Of a DNA stretch of 64,000 bases, positions 27,446-36,539 are shown piece after piece (the stretch's first letter is position 1; the number at the start of each line of letters is the position of its first letter). The DNA is from Hellea sp. GTDB taxonomy: Bacteria > Pseudomonadota > Alphaproteobacteria > Caulobacterales > Maricaulaceae. The stretch is from positions 1,641 through 65,640 of the forward strand of contig JAQXEH010000018.1 of NCBI GenBank assembly GCA_029250925.1, written 5' to 3'. The notes under the pieces were generated by a model. That model saw nothing but the letters and a program-made list of their open reading frames with translations. It did no database searches and was not told the origin of the DNA. Position numbers and translations under genes: made by a program.

Positions 27446-28222
27446 CTAACGAGCCGTCCACCCACCATCTATTACAAGCTCAGATCCTACCATGTAACTA
27501 GACTCATCAGATGCAAGAAAAAGAACTGCATTTGCAATCTCATTAGGTTTAGCCATGCGCCCAATCGGCGTCATTTCTGAAAGCGTATCTAATAAAACAT
27601 CTACACTATCAGCAATACCCTCATTTACTAAATTCTGCATTCCTTGTTGCAGCAAAGGGGTATGAACGAAGCCTGGGTGAACAGAATTTGATCGTATTGA
27701 GATATTTTTTGACGCAAATTCAACTGCAATAGCTTTGGTAAAAGAAGAAATGGCACCTTTTGAAGCATTGTAACCTGATGTATCAATATAACCAACCTTA
27801 CTTAGCATTGAGCTTATATTTACAATTGAAGCACCACCGTTTCTTTTTTCGCTAGCCTTAGCTAATATATCATAACAATGCTTAACGCCAAGGAATGCGC
27901 CATCAACATTTATAGACATAACACGACGCCAGTTCTTTAAGCTTGTTTTTTGCACTGGGCCTACACAATCAACACCAGCATTGTTAACCAGTATGTCAAG
28001 CGATCCACGCTCATCGTCAATTAGCTGTGCAACCCTTTTCCAATCTAATTCATTTGTTACATCAGCGTTAATATAATTTATATTCGCATTCAAATCTTCA
28101 CTGGGTTTATCTATATCTGTTATAAATACAGTTGAACCTTCTTCTGCTAGCCTGTTTGCAATAGCTAACCCAATGCCCTTGAGCCCCCCAGTAACTAGGG
28201 CTGTTGTATCCTTACACCTCAT
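27446..28222 (-). CDS. Short-chain dehydrogenase/reductase (SDR)
   Basis: TGGLKGIG, NNAG and YNASK motifs. Confidence 0.9.
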   Translation of the reverse strand: MRCKDTTALVTGGLKGIGLAIANRLAEEGSTVFITDIDKPSEDLNANINYINADVTNELDWKRVAQLIDDERGSLDILVNNAGVDCVGPVQKTSLKNWRRVMSINVDGAFLGVKHCYDILAKASEKRNGGASIVNISSMLSKVGYIDTSGYNASKGAISSFTKAIAVEFASKNISIRSNSVHPGFVHTPLLQQGMQNLVNEGIADSVDVLLDTLSEMTPIGRMAKPNEIANAVLFLASDESSYMVGSELVIDGGWTAR

Positions 28223-28998
28223 ACCCCCATCATCCCTGCTGTAGTTGCACCATCGATATTATAGGAGGCACCAGAAATAAATGCTGCCTCATCACTACCT
28301 AAATAAACAACCAGACCGGCAATCTCATCTACATGCGCCATACGCTTCATGGGGGCCATGCCTTCAAACATAGCCCGAGCCGCATCAGCGTCTGGAGCAC
28401 CCGCGATAACTCCCTTAATCATGTCTGTTTCAACGACTCCTGGGTGAATTACGTTGCACCTAACTTTTAATCCTTGGCCTGCACAATGAACAGCTGTCGA
28501 TTTTGCAAGAGCAATATGAGCGCCTTTAGTAGTGGAATAAGTTACAAAATTACCCAAGGGTATATGAGCATTCATAGAACTATTTAGTATAATAGAGCCA
28601 TTAGGACCATCAGGGTTTTCTCTCATTAAACGTACTGCCATTTGCGCTGTAAGCATGGCACCTGTTAGGTTGATCGCAACCAACTTATTCCATACTTCGA
28701 TCGTTATATTTTCTATATCACTATCACCCATCTCTGTCCCGGCATTAGCGAATGCAATATCTAAACGCCCATATTGCGTTTTAATAATCTCTGATATTTT
28801 TTCATATCCCGAGGAGTCTGTGACATCATGATTAATAAAATGAGAGCCAGTTTCTTTCGAAATAACCTCACCTGCAGTATCATTTCGGCCAGTAAAAATT
28901 ACTTTTGCTCCCTCGGCGATTAACCGGTACACAGTAGCTTTGCCAATACCGGAAGTTCCTCCAGTTATGAAAGCCACTTTATTCGCAAGACGTGACAT
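28219..28998 (-). CDS. Short-chain dehydrogenase/reductase (SDR)
   Basis: TGGTSGIG and YSTTK motifs. 4-nt overlap with the downstream SDR. Confidence 0.9.
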   Translation of the reverse strand: MSRLANKVAFITGGTSGIGKATVYRLIAEGAKVIFTGRNDTAGEVISKETGSHFINHDVTDSSGYEKISEIIKTQYGRLDIAFANAGTEMGDSDIENITIEVWNKLVAINLTGAMLTAQMAVRLMRENPDGPNGSIILNSSMNAHIPLGNFVTYSTTKGAHIALAKSTAVHCAGQGLKVRCNVIHPGVVETDMIKGVIAGAPDADAARAMFEGMAPMKRMAHVDEIAGLVVYLGSDEAAFISGASYNIDGATTAGMMGV

Positions 28999-29162
28999 TT
29001 ATTCCTCCCTTTTAGCCTACTTTTACACAGCTTAAATATTATAGTAACTATGCAATAGATAAGGTATCTTAAATTTAATTTCTAATTAAATACAACAGCA
29101 GAGTTGCTAGATATAGATTTTAAACTTATAGAGAAATTGAAAGCTTATTAAAAGTAGACCTG

Positions 29163-29933
29163 ATGAACCTGATAGAAAATATTAAAAAGATACGAATAAA
29201 TAATGTTGATGACATTAAACCTTCTGCCGAGCACTTTCGTGACATAGTTCAATCTCTTTGCGGTTTAAAAATAGCAGCAAGTCATAATATCGCTAGATCA
29301 AATACACCAATTGATAAGTCAGGAGAGCTACTTGCAACCTCAGTCTTTGGGTGGGAGGGGACTAATAAAGACTGGTGGAAAACAGAGAGCCTTGCCCTAA
29401 ATTCACCCATTGTCACTGCTTGCAGATACGAAAATGAACCCTTCTGGATAAACGATCAAGGTATTCATTCAAGAATAGAGAATAATTTTTTAAAAGAAAT
29501 AGATTTAGTTAAGTTCTCTCAAAGAGCAATGACGCATGCAGCAATCGTTGTTCCAGTCCATATGCCTTTCGGGCAGATAGGGGCAGTGAGCTTCAATCCA
29601 CTATCAAGAGATCACCATGACTTAACCGAATTCTATAACAAATACTCTGAAGAGCTCGGCATTTATAGTCACTCATTCATTAATAGTTATGTCAATGTAT
29701 CAGCTCGAACTCCACTGCTCCCTATAAAATCTAAATTATCTCGCAGAGAGGTGGAGTGTCTTCGCTGGGCAGCTTTAGGTAAAACAGATCATGAAATAAG
29801 TCTTATTCTAGAGCGAAGTAGAGCTACAGTGAGATTCCACATTCACAATGCCACAACAAAACTTGATGCAGTAAATAAAAGCCAAGCAGTTTTTAAAGCG
29901 ACTCAACTCGGTTACATATCAATTAAAAGGTAA
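29163..29933 (+). CDS. LuxR-family transcriptional regulator (QS-type LuxR solo)
   Basis: C-terminal HTH LSRREVECLRWAALGKTDHEISLILERSRATVRFHIHNATTKLDAVNKSQAV follows the E-x-L-x-W...GK...TV-x-FH...N...KL pattern of the LuxR/LasR/TraR subfamily. ~180-aa N-terminal ligand-type domain. No luxI-type gene in the window. Confidence 0.8.
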   Translation: MNLIENIKKIRINNVDDIKPSAEHFRDIVQSLCGLKIAASHNIARSNTPIDKSGELLATSVFGWEGTNKDWWKTESLALNSPIVTACRYENEPFWINDQGIHSRIENNFLKEIDLVKFSQRAMTHAAIVVPVHMPFGQIGAVSFNPLSRDHHDLTEFYNKYSEELGIYSHSFINSYVNVSARTPLLPIKSKLSRREVECLRWAALGKTDHEISLILERSRATVRFHIHNATTKLDAVNKSQAVFKATQLGYISIKR

Positions 29934-29936
29934 TAT

Positions 29937-30338
29937 TTATTTATTTGCCTTTGACTGAGCTTCGCAGGCTCTTATTGCTTGCTTTGGATTAAAATAATAT
30001 GGACGAATTTCACACACCTTATCCCCTTTAAATAAGGTGACTTCCATCATTTCAATAGGCTCTAAATTATCATCACTGAGAAGCAAAGTTACTTTATTTG
30101 CAACAGAATTTTTACCCACCAGCATTTCTCCCCTTTCCATACCAACAACACCCATTGTTTCCATGACTATTGGAAATAGTTTTCTTAGACATTGTTTGCC
30201 AGTGTATAATCCTGCGAAAGGTAAAAGCTCAGCTTCCTCTACTCGGAAGTCATCCGTCAAAAAAGATTCTACTTTTTCAAAATCACCTACAGCCGAGGCG
30301 TTATACATGGCTTCAACGATTGCTTTTAAGTCTGTCAT
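29937..30338 (-). CDS. NTF2-like (SnoaL/ketosteroid-isomerase-like) protein
   Basis: 133 aa. AIVEAMYNASAVGDFEKVESFLTDDF is a typical SnoaL-like N-terminus. Confidence 0.6.
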   Translation of the reverse strand: MTDLKAIVEAMYNASAVGDFEKVESFLTDDFRVEEAELLPFAGLYTGKQCLRKLFPIVMETMGVVGMERGEMLVGKNSVANKVTLLLSDDNLEPIEMMEVTLFKGDKVCEIRPYYFNPKQAIRACEAQSKANK

Positions 30339-30452
30339 AAAAATTCTCCCTAAAACTTATTGACTTAATTTTCTTTTTTTGTGCACCTATCGAAATTGTT
30401 AGCTAATGCAAAGTTAAAGGTTAATGCACATTACCCATAAAAGGAAACAAAA

Positions 30453-30755
30453 ATGATTACAATTATAGGACGTCTAAATATTGAACCTGCAGTCATGGAA
30501 AATTACGACAGAGATGTTAAAGAGCTTAGCTCAAAAGTCATAAAAGAAGATGGATGCCATTTTTATTCATTGGTTGTAGAAGACAAAGAAAATGGAGTGG
30601 TAACTATCGCAGAAATTTGGCGCGATGAACCAGCACTATTCGTTCACTGGGGACAGCCATGGGTAACAGATTTCATGGAAAAATATGGTGCGAAAGTAAC
30701 TGGCTCAACATTAAAAATGTATGATACAACAAATGAACGAGACCTACCAAGCTAG
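30453..30755 (+). CDS. ABM-domain (antibiotic-biosynthesis/quinol monooxygenase-like) protein
   Basis: 100 aa with a ferredoxin-like beta-alpha-beta pattern (IIGRLNIEP...DGCHFYSLVVED...IAEIWRDEPAL..H). Confidence 0.6.
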   Translation: MITIIGRLNIEPAVMENYDRDVKELSSKVIKEDGCHFYSLVVEDKENGVVTIAEIWRDEPALFVHWGQPWVTDFMEKYGAKVTGSTLKMYDTTNERDLPS

Positions 30756-30775
30756 AATTTATTAGGAAAAAAAAC

Positions 30776-31774
30776 ATGGAAAACAGATACTGGCAATTAA
30801 ATAATCACCCACAGGGAATAGACTTTGCTTCTGCTCTTACACTAGAAATTCAAAAAAAACCAAATCCGCAAGATGGCCAAATACTCATTAAAAATGAATA
30901 TTTATCTCTGGATGCAGGAACTAGACTGTGGATGACATCTAGAACAGATGGTTACCAGCCACCTTTACCTTTAGGTTCCATGATGGTTGGCTTATGCCTA
31001 GGAGAAGTTATTGAAAGTAAACATCCTGATTTCAAGACAGGAGATTATGTAAGAGCATTCGGAAATTGGGCTGACTATTCATGCGTTGACCCAATTATGA
31101 CTGGAGCAATAATAGTTGATAGAAATATTTCAGATATACGTCAGCATTTTGGCGTGCTGGGTATGAATGGGTGGACTGCTTTGTGGGGTTTAACAGAAAC
31201 AGCAAAAATTAAAAAAGGTGACAATGTACTAATATCGGCCGCTGCTGGCTCAACAGGAATTCTGGCGTGCCAAATTGCTGCCAATGCAGGTTGTAATGTT
31301 TACGCTCTAAGCGGCAAAGATAGCAAATGCAGATATTTAGAGAAAAATATGGGGGTTAAGCGTGCTTTCAATTATAAAACTGAAGATTTAGGTAACGAAT
31401 TTTCAAAAATTCCAAATGGCATAGATGTCTATTTTGATAATGTTGGAGGCCCAATACTTGATAATGCTCTACCTAATATGGCATTATACGGTCGCATAGC
31501 AATAAGTGGCCTAATTTCTGACTATGAAAAAGACAAACCAACCGCACCGCAAAGATTTGACCAAATATTGATGAAAAGACTCACTATCACAGGTTTTTTC
31601 TCTCCAGACTTCATGGATCAAGGGCCAAGGTTAACTAAAAAATTGTCATTAATGCTAAAAAATGAAAGCATTAAAATGCCTTTTGATCAAACAGATGGAC
31701 TTGAAAATATGCTAACAGCATATAGCAAACTGTTTACGGGTGAAAATATAGGTAAAGTTTTGCTTCAACTGTAA
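30776..31774 (+). CDS. NADP-dependent oxidoreductase, MDR family (YncB/CurA/PTGR1-like alkenal/enone reductase), copy 1
   Basis: ~335 aa. N-terminal GroES-like region, SAAAGSTG Rossmann motif, C-terminal GENIGKVLLQL. Confidence 0.8.
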   Translation: MENRYWQLNNHPQGIDFASALTLEIQKKPNPQDGQILIKNEYLSLDAGTRLWMTSRTDGYQPPLPLGSMMVGLCLGEVIESKHPDFKTGDYVRAFGNWADYSCVDPIMTGAIIVDRNISDIRQHFGVLGMNGWTALWGLTETAKIKKGDNVLISAAAGSTGILACQIAANAGCNVYALSGKDSKCRYLEKNMGVKRAFNYKTEDLGNEFSKIPNGIDVYFDNVGGPILDNALPNMALYGRIAISGLISDYEKDKPTAPQRFDQILMKRLTITGFFSPDFMDQGPRLTKKLSLMLKNESIKMPFDQTDGLENMLTAYSKLFTGENIGKVLLQL

Positions 31775-31777
31775 TTA

Positions 31778-32548
31778 TTATGCAGTCATTCCGCCATCAA
31801 TTACAAACTCACCGCCAGTAATATACACCGCTTCATCAGAAGCTAAGAAAAGAACCAAATTGGCGACCTCATCAGCTGTACCAAACCTTCCCATTGGTAC
31901 AGATGCCGCAACAGCTTCATAAAATTCTGCATTATCACGTTTAGCATCATTTTGTATATTGGTGTCAATCATACCAGGATGCACAGTATTAATTCGAATA
32001 TTGTCCTTAGCAGTTTCAAGAGCTGCTGTCTTTTGCATCAGCCTCACACCCCCTTTGGAGGCAGCATATGCATAGCAACCTGCAAAACCTTTCAAACCCA
32101 CAATGGAGGACATAGACACAATTGCTCCACCTTCACCTATCTCGCGCATAAGCGATACAGCTCTTTGAGTTCCATAATAAACACTATTCATATTAATGTC
32201 TATTTGCTTATGATATGCGGCAGGAGTTAACTCATCTAGAGTTCCTAGCATTGCTATTCCAGCATTATTTATGAGAATATCAATTCTTCCATGATCTTTT
32301 TTTATTTGGTTAAAAACTGTGTCCCAATCTCCCTCTGATGCAACATCATGAATAACACCAATAGCATTTCCTCCGGCTGAATTTATTTTTTTAACTGCTT
32401 CATCTAAACCTTCTTTGTTGATGTCGGTAAGATATACAGTAGCGCCTTCTTTCGCTAGTCTTTCTGCACACGAATAACCTATACCAGGTCTTGATGCAGC
32501 TCCTGTTACGAGAGCTATTTTTCCTTTTACACGGTTAGTCATCTTCAT
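31778..32548 (-). CDS. Short-chain dehydrogenase/reductase (SDR)
   Basis: TGAASRPGIG, NNAG and YAASK motifs. Confidence 0.9.
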   Translation of the reverse strand: MKMTNRVKGKIALVTGAASRPGIGYSCAERLAKEGATVYLTDINKEGLDEAVKKINSAGGNAIGVIHDVASEGDWDTVFNQIKKDHGRIDILINNAGIAMLGTLDELTPAAYHKQIDINMNSVYYGTQRAVSLMREIGEGGAIVSMSSIVGLKGFAGCYAYAASKGGVRLMQKTAALETAKDNIRINTVHPGMIDTNIQNDAKRDNAEFYEAVAASVPMGRFGTADEVANLVLFLASDEAVYITGGEFVIDGGMTA

Positions 32549-32665
32549 CCCCTTAAATATTTTCTTGCCATATTATGTTAAATAGTACTTATTAATACCC
32601 CGCAAAAAAGTTAGTTGTAAAATTTTAAATAAAATAGAGTTTTACTGTAAATACAGGGCAATCTA

Positions 32666-33679
32666 ATGACATTTAATCGTAAATTTATTTTAAAAAAAAG
32701 ACCACAAGGAACGCCTAAACCAGAAGACTTTGAATTGGTTAGTGAAAAGATCCCAGAATTAAAGAATGGTTCCATATTAATACGTAACCATTTTATATCT
32801 TTAGACCCGGCAATAAGAGGCTGGCTGGACGATACACCATCCTATCTGCCACCCGTAGTGCTAGGGGACTCTGTTAGAGCTACGGCAATAGGACAAGTAG
32901 AAGCTTCAAAAAATAATAACTTTAAGCCAGGAGAATGGGTCTTGGGCTTAAATGGAATAGAAGAATTTTCTGTTGTTGAAGAAGGTGGTTTTACAGCTCA
33001 CATAGATAATAGTATAGTTCCATCGCCCACAAATTATTTATCAATTCTTGGAGCCGTAGGAATGACAGCATACTTTGGCTTGCTTGACGCTGGTAAACCT
33101 AAAAAGGGAGAGACAGTTCTTGTTTCTGGTGCCGCTGGGGCAGTTGGTTCAGCTGTCGGTCAAATTGCAAAAATAAAAGGTTGCAAAACTATTGGTATAG
33201 CAGGCGGCGCCAAAAAATGTGAAAGATTAATCAAGGATTATGGTTTCGATATTGCTATCGATTATCGAGATAAAGATACGAATAGTCTCGAAAAAGAAAT
33301 ATCTGAAGCAGCACCTAATGGAATAGATATCATATTTGAAAATGTAGGTGGTGAGATTCTTGATGCCAGTTTATTGTCAATTAATGAGCACGCTAGAGTT
33401 GTTTTGTGCGGACTCATCTCTGAATACAATACCGATCACAAAGGTTCAAAAAACTTGTGGCAACTGATTGTAAAACAGGCTGTCATGAAAGGCTTCTTAA
33501 TTCGCGATTACGCGCCTAGATTTTCTGAGGGTGGAGTTGAAATGGCTAAATGGATAACTGATGGAAAAATTAATTTTGATGAGCACATAGAAAAGGGTAT
33601 AGAAAACACATATGATGCTTTTATGCTTTTGTTTTCTGGCGGAAACAATGGAAAACTCATCCTAGATATTAGGTCATAA
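32666..33679 (+). CDS. NADP-dependent oxidoreductase, MDR family (YncB/PTGR1-like), copy 2
   Basis: VLVSGAAGAVGSAVGQIAKIKGC, FENVGGE and GGNNGKLILDI motifs. Confidence 0.85.
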   Translation: MTFNRKFILKKRPQGTPKPEDFELVSEKIPELKNGSILIRNHFISLDPAIRGWLDDTPSYLPPVVLGDSVRATAIGQVEASKNNNFKPGEWVLGLNGIEEFSVVEEGGFTAHIDNSIVPSPTNYLSILGAVGMTAYFGLLDAGKPKKGETVLVSGAAGAVGSAVGQIAKIKGCKTIGIAGGAKKCERLIKDYGFDIAIDYRDKDTNSLEKEISEAAPNGIDIIFENVGGEILDASLLSINEHARVVLCGLISEYNTDHKGSKNLWQLIVKQAVMKGFLIRDYAPRFSEGGVEMAKWITDGKINFDEHIEKGIENTYDAFMLLFSGGNNGKLILDIRS

Positions 33680-33696
33680 TAACAGTGAGATAAAAA

Positions 33697-34875
33697 ATGA
33701 AAAATGAAAAAGCCTTGCAAAATGTGGCGGAAAAACTAGTAGAATATGCATCCAATAGAACAACCTTCAAAACTGACAAAATTACAACAGTGCCTTACAG
33801 CACCTATACTGATGAAGGTGTTTGGCAAAAAGAAGTAGATAATGTCTTCAAAAAATTACCCTTGTGCCTAGCTACAACTGCTGAACTAAAAGAAATTAAT
33901 TCATACAAAGCTATGGAAGCAGTTGGGCTGCCAATCCTAATAACACGTGGTAAAGATAGCAAAGTTAGAGCCTTTCTTAATGTATGTGCCCATAGGGGTG
34001 CACCCTTAGCAGATAAAGGATGCGGTAAACAATCAAGATTCACATGTAAATATCACGGCTGGACATATACAAATACAGGGGCTCTCATGGGTGTTTCTGA
34101 GCAAAAAACCTTTGGTGAAATTAACAAAGAGACTCGTGGGCTTCGTGAATTACCTTGTGAAGAGAAAGCAGGATTAATTTTTGTTATACTAACACCTGAG
34201 CAGCCTATGCTACTTGATGATTTCATGGCTGGAATGCTTGAAGATTTGGAAAATGCTAACTTTAAAGATTGGGCCTACCTTGGAAGCAGGGAAATTGAAG
34301 GTGCAAATTGGAAAATAGCATTTGATGGATATTTAGAAGGTTATCACTTTTCGCAATTACACCCAGAAACAATACACCCTCGCACTATATCAAACTTAAC
34401 CCACTATGAAGCTTTTGGCCCTCACATGCGTATTGGGTTTGCGCAAACCGACATAAAAGAAAAACTAGAAAAACACCCTAAGGAAAGTTGGGGTAAAATG
34501 GAGAATGTTGGTTTTGATTTCGTAAGAATTTTATTTCCAAACGTTTCAATATTTTTAGCTCCAGAAATAACACAAATCGCACAACTATTCCCAGGAGAAA
34601 CACCTGATAAAAACAAAACGATTTTAAACTTTTATAGAAAATCTCCTCCAAAAGATGATGAAGACAAAGAGGGTCTCGAAGGAATGATGGATTTCCTGAA
34701 AATGGTTGTTCTAGAGGAAGACTATATGATTGGTGACCTAATACAAAAAGGCCTTGAGTCTGGAGCGCACGAATCTATTATTCTAGGTCAAAACGAGAGA
34801 GGCAACCAATTCTTTCATGAGTGCCTAGCTTGGTACATTGGGGGTGATAAAAATATTCCCAAGCCAACCCTCTAA
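33697..34875 (+). CDS. Rieske [2Fe-2S] non-haem-iron oxygenase, alpha subunit (beta-less type)
   Basis: Rieske motif CAHRGAPL...(17)...CKYHGW. Mononuclear iron motif EGYHFSQLH. Confidence 0.85.
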   Translation: MKNEKALQNVAEKLVEYASNRTTFKTDKITTVPYSTYTDEGVWQKEVDNVFKKLPLCLATTAELKEINSYKAMEAVGLPILITRGKDSKVRAFLNVCAHRGAPLADKGCGKQSRFTCKYHGWTYTNTGALMGVSEQKTFGEINKETRGLRELPCEEKAGLIFVILTPEQPMLLDDFMAGMLEDLENANFKDWAYLGSREIEGANWKIAFDGYLEGYHFSQLHPETIHPRTISNLTHYEAFGPHMRIGFAQTDIKEKLEKHPKESWGKMENVGFDFVRILFPNVSIFLAPEITQIAQLFPGETPDKNKTILNFYRKSPPKDDEDKEGLEGMMDFLKMVVLEEDYMIGDLIQKGLESGAHESIILGQNERGNQFFHECLAWYIGGDKNIPKPTL

Positions 34876-34881
34876 CGGTAG

Positions 34882-36030
34882 TTACGAAGCAGACAAAATA
34901 TTCACAGCACTAACTCCTGGTGACCCATACACATGGGTGTAACCTACTTTAGGGGAATTTAGCACTTGTCGTAACCCAGCTTGACCTCTTAATTGAAGAC
35001 AAATTTCATAGACTTGCCGTAATCCTGAGGCTCCGATAGGCTCACCATTGGCTATGCAGCCTCCGTCGGTGTTTACCGGAATTCTTCCCGAAATTAAAGT
35101 CTCACCACTTTGTATTAAATTCTCTTGTTCGCCATGTTCGCAAAAACCATTCTCTGCAAGGTGCATGATCTCCGCTCCGACTTCAGTATCTTGGATTTGC
35201 AACACATCTATATCATCAGGACCTATTCCAGCACTCTCAAATGCTGCTTTGGCAGCATTTGAAGTTGCCGTTGGTTTTATGTTAACTGCTAAACAAGTAT
35301 CATAAACTTCAAAACTACCATAACTCTTGGTTCGCATCTCTGTTGCCTCCAGAAACACTGCCTTAGCCCCCATTTTTCTAACTTCAGTTTCTGATGTTAA
35401 TATTAATGCAGCACCACCTTCAGCAGGACTGCAAAACATGTATTTTCGCAAAGGGTCATTAATCATTTTTGATTCAGCAATTTCTTTATATGGCACTATA
35501 TTTTTACGCCATGCATTAGGGTTAAGTGAACCGTTTTGAAAAGCTTTTTCAGCAACCTTAACAAGGGTATCATGTGAAATATTATAATCATGCATGTATC
35601 GCTGCAATTTAAGTGCAAAAAATTGAGTTGTTACCATCAAACCTGTTTCAGAAACCCATGGGGGTATATCGTTATTTTTAGCACTAGGCGAAAAAGCACC
35701 ACGTTCATGTTTATCAAAACCGATTGCCATGGCATATTTTGCTGCCCCAGACTTAATAGCATTAGCTGCAGCGAATAACGAACTACCGCCCGTGGCACAA
35801 CCTGTGTATAAATTTATGAATGGAAGTCCTGTTAATCCAAGCTGGTTTGTTGCTGCCATAGCGTGACCAGAAGAGCGAGAGCCTCCAAATGCAATTCCGA
35901 TATCACTCCACTCAAGTTCAGCATCTTCAAGTGCTTTTCGTGCCGCAAATACACCTTGATCAAGACCTGAAAAACCAGGAGATCGGCCAAATGGATGCAA
36001 CCCAATTCCTATAATTGCTACACGTTCCAT
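34882..36030 (-). CDS. Thiolase-fold protein, SCP-x/lipid-transfer (Ltp) type
   Basis: MERVAIIGIGLHPFGR start, active-site Cys region (YTGCATGGS), C-terminal GGCIANGEPIGASG. Paired with a DUF35 gene. Confidence 0.85.
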   Translation of the reverse strand: MERVAIIGIGLHPFGRSPGFSGLDQGVFAARKALEDAELEWSDIGIAFGGSRSSGHAMAATNQLGLTGLPFINLYTGCATGGSSLFAAANAIKSGAAKYAMAIGFDKHERGAFSPSAKNNDIPPWVSETGLMVTTQFFALKLQRYMHDYNISHDTLVKVAEKAFQNGSLNPNAWRKNIVPYKEIAESKMINDPLRKYMFCSPAEGGAALILTSETEVRKMGAKAVFLEATEMRTKSYGSFEVYDTCLAVNIKPTATSNAAKAAFESAGIGPDDIDVLQIQDTEVGAEIMHLAENGFCEHGEQENLIQSGETLISGRIPVNTDGGCIANGEPIGASGLRQVYEICLQLRGQAGLRQVLNSPKVGYTHVYGSPGVSAVNILSAS

Positions 36031-36435
36031 TTACTCTTTTCCTACCCGAAATTCGAAAATAGGAAGAGTATCACCATCAGGTTTCTCAAGAATTGAAGTT
36101 TTTAATTCCATTTTCTGATTAATTTTAAATTTTGTATCGCTTACCTGAAGTCTAGACTTTACTTTAATCCCGCATGGCATTTCAATGAAACCTACACCAT
36201 ATATCTCAAAATTTTCTTTGTTCTCATGCAAAAAATATGGCGCTTTGGGTGAGATATTTTGTGTTGTCCATGACCATAACCTTCCTGTAGTTCCAAAATT
36301 TTTATTCTCTATTTCAACTGATGCGCAGTTGGAGCAAGATTTTACCTTAGGAAAAAAATATTCCTTACAGTTACTACACTGTGACCCCATTAGGCCATTA
36401 TCACCAAAAACTAGATCTTCATATACTTTGTCCAT
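36031..36435 (-). CDS. DUF35 zinc-ribbon/OB-fold protein (thiolase partner)
   Basis: CSNC...(13)...CSNC rubredoxin-like ribbon followed by an OB-fold-length C-terminus. Its stop abuts the thiolase start (36031/36030). Confidence 0.8.
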   Translation of the reverse strand: MDKVYEDLVFGDNGLMGSQCSNCKEYFFPKVKSCSNCASVEIENKNFGTTGRLWSWTTQNISPKAPYFLHENKENFEIYGVGFIEMPCGIKVKSRLQVSDTKFKINQKMELKTSILEKPDGDTLPIFEFRVGKE

Positions 36436-36539
36436 GACCGAGTTCTAGCACCTTTTGATAATAAGTCGCCCCCTTCAAAAAGTCAGTATAATAGATTATC
36501 AAGATGTGGTTGATGCTAATATAAAGGGTGGTTGATATA

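Noticed and set aside
32645-32656. CTGTA-AA-TACAG dyad upstream of the second enone reductase (SOS-box or lux-box-like).
   Set aside because: The arms are only 5 bp and the spacing is wrong for LexA (CTGT-N8-ACAG). It also overlaps the probable RBS (ACAGGG) 10 nt before the ATG.
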